Below are positions 12,687 to 25,031 of a stretch of DNA of 64,000 bases, piece after piece (positions within the stretch are counted from its first letter, which is position 1; the number at the start of each line of letters is the position of its first letter). Under the pieces are notes generated by a model. It made no database searches. It was not told where the DNA came from and saw only the letters and a program-made list of their open reading frames with translations. Where the stretch lies: the NCBI RefSeq assembly GCF_001194135.2, contig NC_069000.1:47623683-47687682 (forward strand), written 5' to 3'. Made by a program: the position numbers and the translations under genes. The stretch comes from Octopus bimaculoides. Lineage: Eukaryota.

Positions 12687-13149
12687 NNNNNNNNNNNNNN
12701 NNNNNNNNNNNNNNNNNNNNNNNNNNNNNNNNNNNNNNNNNNNNNNNNNNNNNNNNNNNNNNNNNNNNNNNNNNNNNNNNNNNNNNNNNNNNNNNNNNNN
12801 NNNNNNNNNNNNNNNNNNNNNNNNNNNNNNNNNNNNNNNNNNNNNNNNNNNNNNNNNNNNNNNNNNNNNNNNNNNNNNNNNNNNNNNNNNNNNNNNNNNN
12901 NNNNNNNNNNNNNNNNNNNNNNNNNNNNNNNNNNNNNNNNNNNNNNNNNNNNNNNNNNNNNNNNNNNNNNNNNNNNNNNNNNNNNNNNNNNNNNNNNNNN
13001 NNNNNNNNNNNNNNNNNNNNNNNNNNNNNNNNNNNNNNNNNNNNNNNNNNNNNNNNNNNNNNNNNNNNNNNNNNNNNNNNNNNNNNNNNNNNNNNNNNNN
13101 NNNNNNNNNNNNNNNNNNNNNNNNNNNNNNNNNNNNNNNNNNNNNNNNN
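12687..13149. other. Assembly gap (others: 18752-18761, 21490-21849, 24636-24857, 49366-49753, 60951-61050)
   Basis: Runs of N. Confidence 1.
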
Positions 13150-13388
13150 TTTGTGATTCTGTCCATTAATTTGTCTGCAATTATTACTCTTGAGCTGTGT
13201 ATGCAACTATTTATGATTTTGCTGAGGAGCCCAGGTGGAGGGCAAAGTTAGACACAAGGGCTGAGGTCTGAGAGGTTTAAGAGCCACAACTTCAACTTTG
13301 GCCATTTTGTCCCATGAAATTTTTTAAATACATTAACCATGAAATAGTTAAGAAAAATTAAATCTTAATGAAATGTCTACAATTTCAG

Positions 13389-13532
13389 AACCTGCTTAAG
13401 TCTGGAGATGCTATGAAATGTCCACAATGTGAGGTGATTGTCACAAAGAAGGATGGCTGTGATTGGCTGAGGTGTTCAGTGTGTAAACTTGAAATCTGCT
13501 GGGCAACACGAGGTCCAAGATGGGGGCCAAAG
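13389..13532 (+). CDS. RBCK1: RBCK1-like exon (RING2 with catalytic Cys)
   Basis: atttcag acceptor, gtaaac donor, 144 nt. [48 protein letters not shown] contains the KKDGCDW catalytic motif (TGT at 13458-13460). Confidence 0.95.
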
Positions 13533-13807
13533 GTAAACCTATTTTTATAATCTCTGTTGGCTAAAATCTAACTATACCAGTGTGGTGATTGTTGTATCTA
13601 TCAAATAGATTTATCATTTCCAAGTAAATGTAGTTGAGATGTTGTTAACTATTCTATCTGCAATGTCATGGCATGGAAAGCAAATGAAGACACCAACATC
13701 AACCTGCTTCATTCACTAAAAGTTAAGGATTGCAAATTGTGAAGGCAGTGATCCAGTATGACTGCAACTTAAAGGAAAACTAGAATAGAGTAGGAATACA
13801 AGAAAGT

Positions 13808-14038
13808 TTAACCCTTTCGTTATCCACCCGGCTGAAACTGGCTCTGGCTCTGGCTCTGAATACAAATGTCTTGTTTTCATAAGTTTTGAATAAAAATCTT
13901 CCACCAAACCTTAGTCACAATTTATGTTCCTAACACCAGCTTAATGATAACTAAGTTATTTTACTAAATCCTTTGTTATATTTAAAGTAATTGAGAGAAA
14001 AACAGAGCTCAAAATAAATACAGTAACGAAAGGGTTAA
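13808..14038. mobile_element. piggyBac-type MITE family A, copy 2
   Basis: TTAA-CCCTTTCGTTA ... GTAACGAAAGGG-TTAA: terminal inverted repeats and TTAA target duplication. Confidence 0.8.
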
Positions 14039-14260
14039 GTAGAAGGGAAAGTCGAGAATTAACAGGGAAACATCTGTTGGCAATGTGTGTGGTGGGGAAG
14101 GTGATTGGTGCAGAGGTATATATATGGTAAAAATATTGACAGTTATGGACATTTTCATATATCCATCTGAGTAGACAAGCTAATATGGTGGGACGAGATA
14201 GTGTAGACCTGCTAAAATATATGCTAAATGTGTGCTAAATATATGTTTATTTAATTTCAG

Positions 14261-14341
14261 GGTCAGAATGACAACAGTGGAGGGTGTAAATGCAAGGTGA
14301 ACGGAGTTAAATGTCATCCAAAATGTATGAATTGTCATTGA
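14261..14341 (+). CDS. RBCK1: RBCK1-like terminal exon (HOIL-1-specific Cys/His-rich tail)
   Basis: aatttcag acceptor. GQNDNSGGCKCKVNGVKCHPKCMNCH* matches the HOIL-1 C-terminus GGCxCxVNGxxCHPxCxNCH. TGA at 14339-14341. Confidence 0.95.
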   Translation, partial: GQNDNSGGCKCKVNGVKCHPKCMNCH

Positions 14342-14939
14342 TTTTATTTCGGTTAATTTGTCAAAATACATTGAGGAAAATAGAGAGTCTCTTTCAGTTA
14401 ACTTTATGCAAATGTGTTCTTGTTGCTCGTTAAATTAATTATTATGTTGATCTTTGAACACCTGCAGATATATTTCTAGAAAATTCATAAAACACAGTTT
14501 TAACTTTCTTATCCATATTACGAACATTACAAAATATTGTTTGAGTAAGTTTGGAAAAAAATCTGTAAATTCAAAGAACTGCTTCCAGCCATCTTGAAAG
14601 TCTACAATGAGATTTTTATGAGACACCTTTTTTAGTTCAACAGCTGGGACAAGCCTGGAGAGGCCTTGCTTAATCACATCAACCTCAATTTGTTAATTCC
14701 AGGGTGGAACTTGTTTTGTCAATCTCTATCAAATTGCTAAGTTACCACTTAACAAGAGATGTATGTGTGTGTGTGTGTGTGTTGATGTAGTGTGACTAGG
14801 ATTGCAGGGAGATGGATAGATGCCCAAAATGTGTTGGAAGGAAGAGTGATATGGGAGGAGGGGATGGCAAACACTAGTGGAGACTGAACTGGGAACAAAA
14901 CAGTTACCTCAACATGAAAGATGAGATGGAACGGAAGAA

Positions 14940-15560
14940 ACCCTTCTTTACCAGCAGAGGTAAAAAAGCTGTCTGAACCAGTTCATACACTGGCAACAAT
15001 AGTCTCGGAATACACTCCTCTACTGCTAATTTGGTCTCCAAGGCAACAGGATTTACTACCAGCCACTTGTAGAGAGCCATCTGAACATTGAATGGAGTCT
15101 ATTTCATAAGTGTTTTTGTTCCTCTGCATCTATCAGATGTGAAAATGTTAGCCCTCTATGCCTCGTATAGACCCAGTTTCCCCCTGGGTACACTGCATGG
15201 AATTCTTACCAGCTCCTTTTTAGCAGATTAAGGAAGGCTATTTTACTCATGTCAATAGGTACCTGACTGCTTTCCTATTTGCTAATACTTTAGTCTTTGC
15301 TTAATTCACTTTGAAGTCTCTCCAATCCAGATTTTGTTTTCCACACATTCTGCTATTAGAGCTAAGTCTTCAACATAAAGGCACACGAATGGGGAGGGAG
15401 TTGGTCTCAACCTGAATCAACTATGATTTGGAGGACAATAATAAACAAGAAGCTGCAGACTACGCCCCGTTGCATCCCTACGTTCACATTGTATTAGAAA
15501 CTCTCACCTTCCTCTCATGGACACACATGTCTTAAGACATTGGTAAACTTCCTGCTCTGG
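14940..15560 (-). mobile_element. RTE LINE RT remnant
   Basis: LYVEDLALIAEC (decayed YADD), GKNSMQCTQ, CLGDQISSRG...LPLLVK on the - strand. Confidence 0.7.
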
Positions 15561-16958
15561 GTTTCTTCTTTTGCTAGATATACTCAACCTCTGACTTCCC
15601 TTCTTGCAACTTGGTGGTGTTCTTCACTGTCCCCTTTTAGCTAGTCTTTCCATACCTGTCTCTGAGCCTCTACAGTTATTCCACTCCCATGTGTCTGGCA
15701 CTCTGTTGCCCTCAGCAGATTATCCTGTATTGGATAGGGCCTTCTACTTTTAGTTATTTTCACTTTTAATTTATTTGCTATTGTTACCCACTCCCCCCAA
15801 CTGATAACAAACCAATTACTGTAATTAAAGTTTGAGAGATTATTTAAAGCTTGAATCTGGATGTTGTTATGAAACACGTTTTAAACACGTTTTAAATGAA
15901 TTTAGCATTGACATGCAAATATTGGCATAAACGTGTGTGTGTGTAGTGATTATATAGAGACGAAGACTTAAAAGGCAGAGGCAATCCAATTACAAGATGA
16001 GTGAGGAGATGAGAACATTGTGATAATACATAATACTGATAAGGATACAGAAACACAACCTGAACAAAATGGAGAGACTGGAGTCTCTTTAGGCTATTTC
16101 CTTACTGAGGTTACGAAATGGAGCAAGTTTGTAAGGATGAGTGGGTTGAGCAGATTAGGGGTCACAAAGCAATGACTTACTGAGAGGAAATGAGAAACTT
16201 TTGAAGCCAAACTAGGGATTTACAGCAGAGATTTGTGAGAAAGAACCTCACATGGGGATGGATGGGATTTCTTTGGTCTGAACAACGAAATTTGTGATTA
16301 CGAAGATGATGATACATTTTTGAAAGAGGACAGATATATAGTGTATTAATAATGAGTGGAATTAAATATTAATAATAAATTTGCTGGAGGAGAAAACAGA
16401 CGAAATCAGAAGAGAAACTTTGGCAAGATAGATGCTCCGTTTATGTACAGTGAATGACAAAACACTACCATTTAAGAGCTGTACTTGTCCTAATTAACGA
16501 ATCACTTAGAGACTTACAGACTCCTTTCTCTATTTTTCCACCCCTTTCACCCTCCCGCCTCTCCCCTCTCACCACCCAGCTATTCTTTTTTATTTAATCC
16601 TTTCATTTATTTCTTTACTTGGCTCTGGATGTTTCAGGATTTGAGGAAAATGGTGGATCAGTTGAGTAGAAAATAGAAATATTTGTGCACAGACAAACCA
16701 CATTCTGTTCAGATGCTGAATCTTTCTATTAAGTTTGGGCAGCGGCAATCAAAAGGTAGCTTTGATGGAATTAGCATGCTAGACTAGAGGCAAGTACAAG
16801 TGTGTGCTGCATGCAAGGGGCCTCAGTCAGACTCCTTCAGGACAAAGAACATAAATTCCCCTGGGTCAGCAAAAATGATTGAGGTAATGAAAGCATGCAA
16901 CAAGAGGACAATAAAGCTTGGACTCTTCTGGGCAAATAATAAGAGCAACATTTACCAA

Positions 16959-17170
16959 AGCTGGCAGAAACGTTAGAATGCCGGGCAAAGTGCTTCGTAG
17001 TATTTTGTCTGTCTTTATGTTCTGAGTTCAAATTCTGCCAAGGTCGACTTTGCCTTTCATCCTTTCGGGGTCAATAAAATTAAGTACCAGTTGCACACTG
17101 GAGTCAATCTAATCGACTGCCCCCACTCCCCCAAAACATTTCGGGCCTTGTGCCTAGAGTAGAACAGAAC
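16959..17170 (+). mobile_element. tRNA-derived SINE family 1
   Basis: A-box-like AGCTGGCAGAAACGTTAG, B-box-like GAGTTCAAATTC, core GAGGTCGACTTTGCCTTTCATCCTTTCGGGGTC. Further copies at about 21030-21230, 55022-55240, 56600-56825 and reversed at 22860-23170. Confidence 0.8.
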
Positions 17171-17250
17171 ATTTATCTTTACCAATGCTACTTAATCAGG
17201 ACTGCCAGATGTACGAAAGGACTGATTCTATGATGCTTTTATGCAGACAA

Positions 17251-17545
17251 CACCATCATCACCATCGTTTAACTTCTGCTTTCCATGCTGGCATGGGTTG
17301 GATGGTTTGACTGAAAACTGGTAAGCCGAGGAGCTGCACTAGGCTCCAATTTGATTTGGCAAGGTTTCTACGGCTAGATGCCCTTCCTAATGCCAACCAC
17401 TCTGAGAGTGTAGTGGGTGCTTTTTACGTGACACTGGCATCGGCCACAACTATGATCTCACTTGGCTTGACAGGTCTACACAAGCATGGTATATCGCCAA
17501 AGGTCTCTGTCACCTGTCACTGCCTTGAGCGGTGCTTTTTATCTG
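17251..17545 (-). mobile_element. RTE 3'-tail-bearing repeat (SINE or 5'-truncated LINE)
   Basis: Reverse complement of the GTGGTTGGCATTAGGAAGGGCATC...CCATGCCAGCATGGAAAGC tail. Confidence 0.7.
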
Positions 17546-17559
17546 CCACTGGCATTGGC

Positions 17560-18060
17560 CAACAAACGGCAGTGACCTTCATGATGGATTACATGGAGGC
17601 TGCAGACAGAGCAAGGTTCTTAGTGTTGCAGATCATTAGCTCATTTGCATCACAGAAGAATGTTCACTTGAGGAAAGGAGCCAGTTAATTAGGTAGGCAC
17701 ACAAGCCAGATGGTTGTGAAGAATGTACAAGTCAATATAGGTTAGTGGTAAGTGACTGCAGACATACAGCTTGAAAGATTCAGATTGAAAAAGGAAAATG
17801 TGGAAGTTAAAAAGATCCACCAGAAAATAAGAGGTTTAGAGAAGTACAAGCTGAAGCATTTGATGGGAAACATATAGCAAGTTCCAGTTGGACCGAGGGT
17901 GATATAAGGGTGGAACAGTGAAGTATACAGAGCCAAGCTAGGAAGGGTTTAGAAGAATGGAGATAGAAGGGAATTATATCAAGTAGCTAGAAAAAAAGTT
18001 AGGAGACAAAATATATTTAGCAAGGGAAGAAGTAGAAGTGCAGAGGTTTGTCAATGTTCT
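17560..18060 (+). mobile_element. RTE LINE endonuclease/linker remnant
   Basis: Similar to 44820-45600 (GAAGAATGTAC...CATAG..TAGT.AGTGACTG = EECT.QHRLVVSD). Confidence 0.55.
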
Positions 18061-19189
18061 ACGGAATGAGGTATTTCGGATTGAGATGTGGGAGAGGTGT
18101 GTGTGTGTGTGTGTGTGGATGGATAATGGTACACTTGCACTTTGTGATTCCAAAACGAAAGAAGCACAAGAGTGCCATTATGAAAAATTACTAGATGTGA
18201 AGAATGACTGGGAGAAATAGTCTTCCTAATGTAAACTTAATAGCGGGACCAGCCATTCTGTCTGATAGTAATACAGATGTGATCAATTGAAACTCTTCAA
18301 ATGTTGTCCCAGCTTGGGCTGTTGCCTGAAATCAACAGCCAGAGAATAAAAGATTATTTATTGTCCATTTTTAATTCTGTAGACGAATCCTTGTTGTTAG
18401 TGTGTGTGTTTGGTTGATCGAATGTAACCTTAATAATTGTAGGCAAATTGAAGTTATTATCCATATAATTAATTGACAAAAACTTCCTGTTTAAAATCTA
18501 AAAGCAAGGTAGATAACTCCTATGAGCTAAATAAAGTAACGACTAGAGTGAATCCCTGATATTAGTCAGGGACGGGGCAACCACATAATGGCTTGCTGGA
18601 CATAAGTCAGCTGCCAATCAGATGACACACTAATGTGTACGAAACCTTATTGGTAGCTAGACCTGGTAGAAATAGCAGCCAACTCCCCTACAAAAAAAAA
18701 ACCAAAACATTGAAGTATTCGACAAAATAATTGTGAAAAAAAAAAAAAAAANNNNNNNNNNAAAAAAAAAAAAAAAAAAAAGCAGGTCATGGCTGGCTGG
18801 AATGGTTTTGATCTGAGGTTAACAATATTCAAAGATCAATTAATCAATAGCCAATATCAATAAGGAAGAATTGACAAGATTTCTTTGGGAGTGGGGTGGG
18901 GGAGCAGACTCTCTTACATTTTAATGACATGAAACACATCAACTGGTATCTACATTCACTCAGGTGTAAATAATAATTATAATAAAAATAAATAGAAATA
19001 AAAACTTGTTTGTTGTAAATATTGGGCACAAGGAAACTGGGGATTGCAGCTGAATAGAAAGATGCCAAACTCTGGAAGGAGGAGTCTGCGATTCAGGCTA
19101 AATTTGTCGATTTTTTTTGTTTTTTTTTTACAGGAACAACTTCATGTATTGGTAAACAGTTAATGGCTTTGAGGACCACAAAGATTAAA

Positions 19190-19644
19190 GTTATCTGACA
19201 TGGAGGACTGGAAAGCATTTGAATATTGGTAAAGAATTATCTGTGTCATGATGATTGCACATGGTATCAAAATAGCAACACCGTAACTGCTGCACAATGC
19301 TCTGAACCGTGTAGAAGCCGGACAGCTGCGATGGAGACTAGAAAGCCATGGCCAACAGGAAGGGGCACAGCAGGCATTCTGACCACGTCTGCACATTGGA
19401 TTTCATCGGATAACTGCAGGACAAAGTGATGGAAGATCTAAGCAAGGGAATCTGGGCTTTGGTGAGAGAGATTGGTGTTGGAGTTGCCCCTGAAAGAGAA
19501 TCTTTGCTACCATTAATACAAGAGGCACAAAGCACAAATTCTGACAACCAGGGCCAAGGAGGACTACTTGACGAACGGACAGAAGCTTCTGAACATGCTG
19601 AGACGATCTGGTTCTACGCAGACGAAAAGAACTTCTGCCAGGAT
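19190..19644 (+). mobile_element. Tc1/mariner-like (DD37D/maT-type) transposase remnant
   Basis: Across frameshifts: YQNSNTVTAAQCS, RKGHSRHSD, QILTTRAKEDYLTNGQKLLN, IWFYADEKNFCQD (first catalytic Asp motif WFxDEKxF). Confidence 0.6.
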
Positions 19645-21029
19645 CTTCTTCCTATGTTTTTCACACCAACTGCATGTGTCCATCCACCTCCAACAATAGA
19701 GAGCAGTCGCCATATCTTATTCCTCTGAAAAGCGTAGGATTATATTGTTGGGCTGTTTTTGAATCCTTAGTGTGAAACTGATTTGGTATGACCAGCCGTC
19801 ATGAATATGATACTTCAGATAATATAACCACTCCATTGATATACGACTTACGCACGCACACACACAGCAATAGGTCGTCCATAATCACCAAAGACTCACA
19901 ATGGATTTAAAATTGTATGACCGAGGATATTCAACAAAGAACATCCCCAGCTCAATCGAACGTGCTTCCCCATGTAGATACAAACACACCTTAATTCATG
20001 AACTATGGTAGAAATTCAACAACTGATTTGGGAAATAATAGTTAACAAATAAAAATCAAGAAAAGATGAAGAATTGAAGAAGTTAACAGAGAAAAGTCAA
20101 TTTATTGTTGGAAGAGAGGATCGGAGAAATCATTGTACTCACTTCCTGCTGCTGCTGTTGATGATGATGGTGGTGGTGGTGATGATGATGATGCTGGGGA
20201 AGTATACACACACGTGTATGTATGTGTGTGTGTGTACACATACGTGTATACACACAAACACACACACACATTATATAGATATACATATCTATTATCACAA
20301 GTTTCCAGTTTTCTTGCTCATCATGTGATAAGATTAAAAAGGAACCCAATGAGGGTGGGGGGGAAAGGGAAGTTTCTTCCGACGATTTTTCTGGAATCTT
20401 CCATTGTTGTAACAGAGTTGGTGTGTGTGAGTGTATATGTAGTGTTAGCGGGGAGCAGGGCAAAACTGTACAAGGGCTTTCAAAAGAGAAACTGGTGCAC
20501 TATTGAATGCACGTATCACATACAGACATCAAAATATGCAGAAGTTGCAGGTTTAGGGTTTTGATGGAATTCAAAACTGTTACACGCCAACGTAAGAGTG
20601 ACTATGGAGTATAGAATCAAACAGCTTGTATAAACACATCTACATAGATGCTCATACATGTGCATATATATATACACACACACACACATGTATGTATACA
20701 GATGTAACAATATTAACTGGGATGGGTTTATAAACAACAATACAAAAATAGCAACAAGCCCCCTTTCATAAATCACTGGTGGACACAGCAGGAACAGGGA
20801 CATCACATCTTGTCACTCTCAAATTGGCATCATCAGACAGTCGATGTGTGAGGGTTCAATTCCTGCTATTTTCTACTCTAGAGTTATTGTTTGTTCATCA
20901 ATGCTGTATCATTTATCCTATCGTGGGGAGGCTGGCATGATGTCCATACCTCTTTATATTAGAAACAACAGTGTTCATGTTAATGTTGTTGTTGTTCTCA
21001 TAGAAGGCAGTCAGCTGGAAAGAATTGGT

Positions 21030-21230
21030 TAGCAGGCCAGGCAAGATGCATGACAGCATTTTGTCCAGCTTTATGTGCTGAGTTCAAATTCCACCAAGGT
21101 CAACTTTGCCTTTCATTCCTTTCGGGGTCAATGAAATATGTACCAGACAAGTAATCGGGTCAATAAGCAACTAGCCCTGTCCACCCCACATAAGTTTCGG
21201 GACTTGCATCTACAGTCAAAAAAATAGTTA
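21030..21230 (+). mobile_element. tRNA-derived SINE family 1 copy
   Basis: GCTGAGTTCAAATTCCACCAAGGTCAACTTTGCCTTTCATTCCTTTCGGGGTC core. Confidence 0.75.
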
Positions 21231-21339
21231 TTATTATGAATTTCTCTAATTACTGCTCCAACTTAAATATGAAAGACTAACGAGGAAATATCAGAAATCA
21301 TTCAAACAATACAAATTTAGCAGTCATACTTTCAATAAA

Positions 21340-21440
21340 GCACATACCTATATAAATATATATACACACAAACATACATATATATATACACACACACACA
21401 CACACAGACATCCCCATATATATATATATATACTCACACA

Positions 21441-21489
<49 letters not shown>

Positions 21490-22215
21490 NNNNNNNNNNN
21501 NNNNNNNNNNNNNNNNNNNNNNNNNNNNNNNNNNNNNNNNNNNNNNNNNNNNNNNNNNNNNNNNNNNNNNNNNNNNNNNNNNNNNNNNNNNNNNNNNNNN
21601 NNNNNNNNNNNNNNNNNNNNNNNNNNNNNNNNNNNNNNNNNNNNNNNNNNNNNNNNNNNNNNNNNNNNNNNNNNNNNNNNNNNNNNNNNNNNNNNNNNNN
21701 NNNNNNNNNNNNNNNNNNNNNNNNNNNNNNNNNNNNNNNNNNNNNNNNNNNNNNNNNNNNNNNNNNNNNNNNNNNNNNNNNNNNNNNNNNNNNNNNNNNN
21801 NNNNNNNNNNNNNNNNNNNNNNNNNNNNNNNNNNNNNNNNNNNNNNNNNTATATATGTGGGTGTATATATATGAGTGTGTGTGGATATATATATATATGT
21901 GTATATATATATGTGTGTGTGTATATATATGTGTGTGTATATATGTATATATATGTGTGTGTGTGTATATCTATGTATGTGTGTCTGTGTTTGTCCCCCC
22001 ACCATCGTTTGACAACCGATGCTGGTGTGTTTACATCCCCGCAACTTAGCGGTTTGGCAAAAAGAGACTGGTAGAATAAGTACTAGGTTCCCAAGAATAA
22101 GTCCTGGGGTCGATTTGCTTGACTAAAGGCGGTGCTCCAGCATGGCTGCAGTCAAATGACTGAAACAAGTAAAAGAGTAAAAAAGAGTATATATGTATGT
22201 GTATATATGTATATA

Positions 22216-22250
<35 letters not shown>

Positions 22251-22330
22251 GTCTATATAGATATATATATGTGTACATAGATATATGTGTATATATATAT
22301 ATGTGTATATAGATATATACACATACACCC

Positions 22331-22363
<33 letters not shown>

Positions 22364-22365
22364 TA
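21340..22365. repeat. Compound (TA)/(TG)/(CA) microsatellite array around a gap, with SINE 3' part at about 21990-22182
   Basis: Direct inspection. SINE tail GGCGGTGCTCCAGCATGGCTGCAGTCAAATGACTGAAACAAGTAAAAGA. Confidence 0.85.
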
Positions 22366-24070
22366 ACAGCAAGTAAATATTGAGTTGAAAAATTAAAAGG
22401 CTGTCCAATATATCGATGGTATCATTTCAAGACGTGATGTTCCTACAGAAGCAACATTCTTCCCCCGAAATTATTTCATTGTTCTCTTGTAAATTCATAA
22501 ACTCTTACAACACACACAGAGTGGCATTATTTTCCAGGACACTTCATTTCTTTCCTAGACACACGCCTTCCATCTCTCACAACACACTGCATGCAAATGA
22601 AGAAAGTCTAAATCAATAAAAAAAAACTGTTGACTGCAAGGAATTTGGGATGGGAAGAAGGTGAAGGTAAAAAAACAAAACATTTTCTGCCATATTTTGA
22701 AAATCTTCTTTCTTTTGATCCAAAGAAACCCATTAAATTATTTCAGAAAACAGCACTGTTGATATTATTATTATTATTATTATTATTATCAATGGTTATA
22801 CTATTTTCATTGCTGCTGCTGATAATAACTTTCAAAATTTTGGCAGAAGGCCAGCAACATTTAAGAGGTAAGTTGATTACATGAACCCCAGTAGTTGACT
22901 GGTACTTAATTTATTGACCCAGAAACTTTGACATCTCAACTCAGAATGTAAACCCGGAGAAAATGCAGATGAGCATTTTGCCTGGTCTGTTAATTCTGCC
23001 TAAATAAATAATGGTTACAAATTTTGACATAGGGCCAGCAGTTTGAGGGTGGGGGAGTAAGCCAATTATAGTGACCCTCAGTATGTGACTGGTACTTAAA
23101 AGTAAAGTTGACCTTGGAATATTAACACAGAACAGGAAAATGGATGAAATGCAATGAGGCATTTTGCTCAGCATGCTAATGGTTCTGCCAGCTTGCAGCC
23201 TTAATAAAGAAAATAATAATTAGTTCCCTAATTTAGGCAAAAGACCAATAATTTAGAAGGGAAAAGAAGTGGTTCACACAACCACAGTGCTTAACATTAT
23301 TTTATCAACCCTATAAAGAGTGAAACGCAAAGCTGCCCTCAGCTGGAAATCAGAACATAAAGAGCTATAATTAAATACCATAAAGCATTTTGTCTGGTGC
23401 TCTAATGATTCTGCCAAACCACTGCTCTAAGGTGATGATGATGATGATAATAATAATAGTAGTAGTAGTAGTAATAGTAGTGCTACAAGGACTCCAAATA
23501 ATGATATAGTCCCTTTTGACTTGACCAAGAGCCAATGTGTACAAGGGAAAGGTACAGTTGATTGAGTGGACCCAGTGAATTACTGGTACTTGTTTAAACA
23601 ACCCCGGAAACATGAAAGGCAAAGTAAACCCCAACAGAATGTGAAGCAGGAGGCATCCTATCCCACAATCCTACCAGTTACAAGAGTTTTAACAATAACA
23701 AATGTGTATGTATGTGTGCACAAGACAAACCAACCCAGTTATTAGGGGGAGGGCAAGAGATCAATATATATACATACATGTTTCTGTGTGTGTGTGTATA
23801 TATATATATATACTAGGCGACAATGGCGGTGTTTTGTGTGGAATATCATCCAGTGGAATATATATATATATATGCATATGTATGTGTATATGTACATACA
23901 TGTATATATACATATATATACACGTATATATGTATATATAATGTATGTATATATATATATATATATATGCATGTATGTATATATATATGTGTGTGTATAT
24001 ACATGTATATATGTGCATATATATGTATGTATAATGTATATATATATGTATGCATACAAATATAGACTAG

Positions 24071-24567
24071 TGGTACAACAACGTACCATTATTTACTGGA
24101 AATAGCAGTTGACAATGTACGATGCTATAGTTGAAGCTCCACTGTGTATAGAGTGGAGCAAATATGTTTCCGGAAAATTCCATTCTACCTGCAGGAAGAA
24201 CATTAGATAAATATACAACCCAGATGTGGATAATCTAGGATCCAGGTTTCAAAATCTCTTGAGCATTTCTCAGCAGCTAGAGTTATCAGATAGAATTATG
24301 AATGTTGCCACATCAGTGCCAGTATACTCACCTGAACGCCTGAAACCCTTAACAAGCGAGAACACTGAAAAAGTTTTGAAATCTACCTCCAAAATTATCA
24401 ACATCTCGGTTGTACATTTAACGAATGTTCTTCCTACAGGTGAGATGAAATTTTTTATGGTCACTGACCACAAACATCGTTGCCATTATATACACAGTGA
24501 AGCTTTACCATAGCAGCGTATATTATCGACTGCTATTTCCAGTAAATATTGGTGCATTGCTGTACCA
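24071..24567. repeat. 57-bp imperfect inverted repeat (49/57) with about 380-bp spacer; possible MITE
   Basis: 24071-24127 TGGTACAACAACGTACCATTATTTACTGGAAATAGCAGTTGACAATGTACGATGCTA pairs with the reverse complement of 24511-24567. Confidence 0.85.
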
Positions 24568-24857
24568 TTGTGTATATATATATATGTATGTGTGTATGTA
24601 TATGTATATATGTATATATATATATGTGTGTGTGTNNNNNNNNNNNNNNNNNNNNNNNNNNNNNNNNNNNNNNNNNNNNNNNNNNNNNNNNNNNNNNNNN
24701 NNNNNNNNNNNNNNNNNNNNNNNNNNNNNNNNNNNNNNNNNNNNNNNNNNNNNNNNNNNNNNNNNNNNNNNNNNNNNNNNNNNNNNNNNNNNNNNNNNNN
24801 NNNNNNNNNNNNNNNNNNNNNNNNNNNNNNNNNNNNNNNNNNNNNNNNNNNNNNNNN

Positions 24858-24897
<40 letters not shown>

Positions 24898-25031
24898 ATG
24901 TATATGTGTGTGTGTGTATATTATAATAATGTTGGATAGACATGTGGTGAGGAAGAAGGGGAGGGGTGGTGGTGATAATTTTGTTGAGAGATGTAAAAGA
25001 GAGTGACATTGAAGATACAGCTGTCCCTGCC

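Noticed and set aside
12588-13251. Long ORFs of 177-248 aa at 12588-13251, 21298-22044, 24497-25035, 49203-49942 and 60843-61116
   Set aside because: They only appear long because they run through N-gaps (X residues) and microsatellites.
16959-17040. tRNA-like A/B boxes as tRNA genes
   Set aside because: They are SINE heads: multicopy, followed by SINE core, no cloverleaf.
17356-17688. 110-aa ORF
   Set aside because: Spans an antisense RTE tail and an adjacent RTE endonuclease remnant; composite repeat sequence.
19426-19728. 100-aa ORF as a novel small host gene
   Set aside because: Explained by a frameshifted mariner-like transposase (IWFYADEKNFCQD).
23702-24105. YI/TH/VC-rich ORFs (also at 20074-20564, 22123-22364, 39359-39637, 45689-45901, 47485-47967)
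   Set aside because: Translations of (TA)n/(CA)n/(TG)n repeats, not proteins.
24226-24513. 95-aa ORF between the inverted-repeat arms
   Set aside because: No recognisable motif or splice context; length is within chance expectation.
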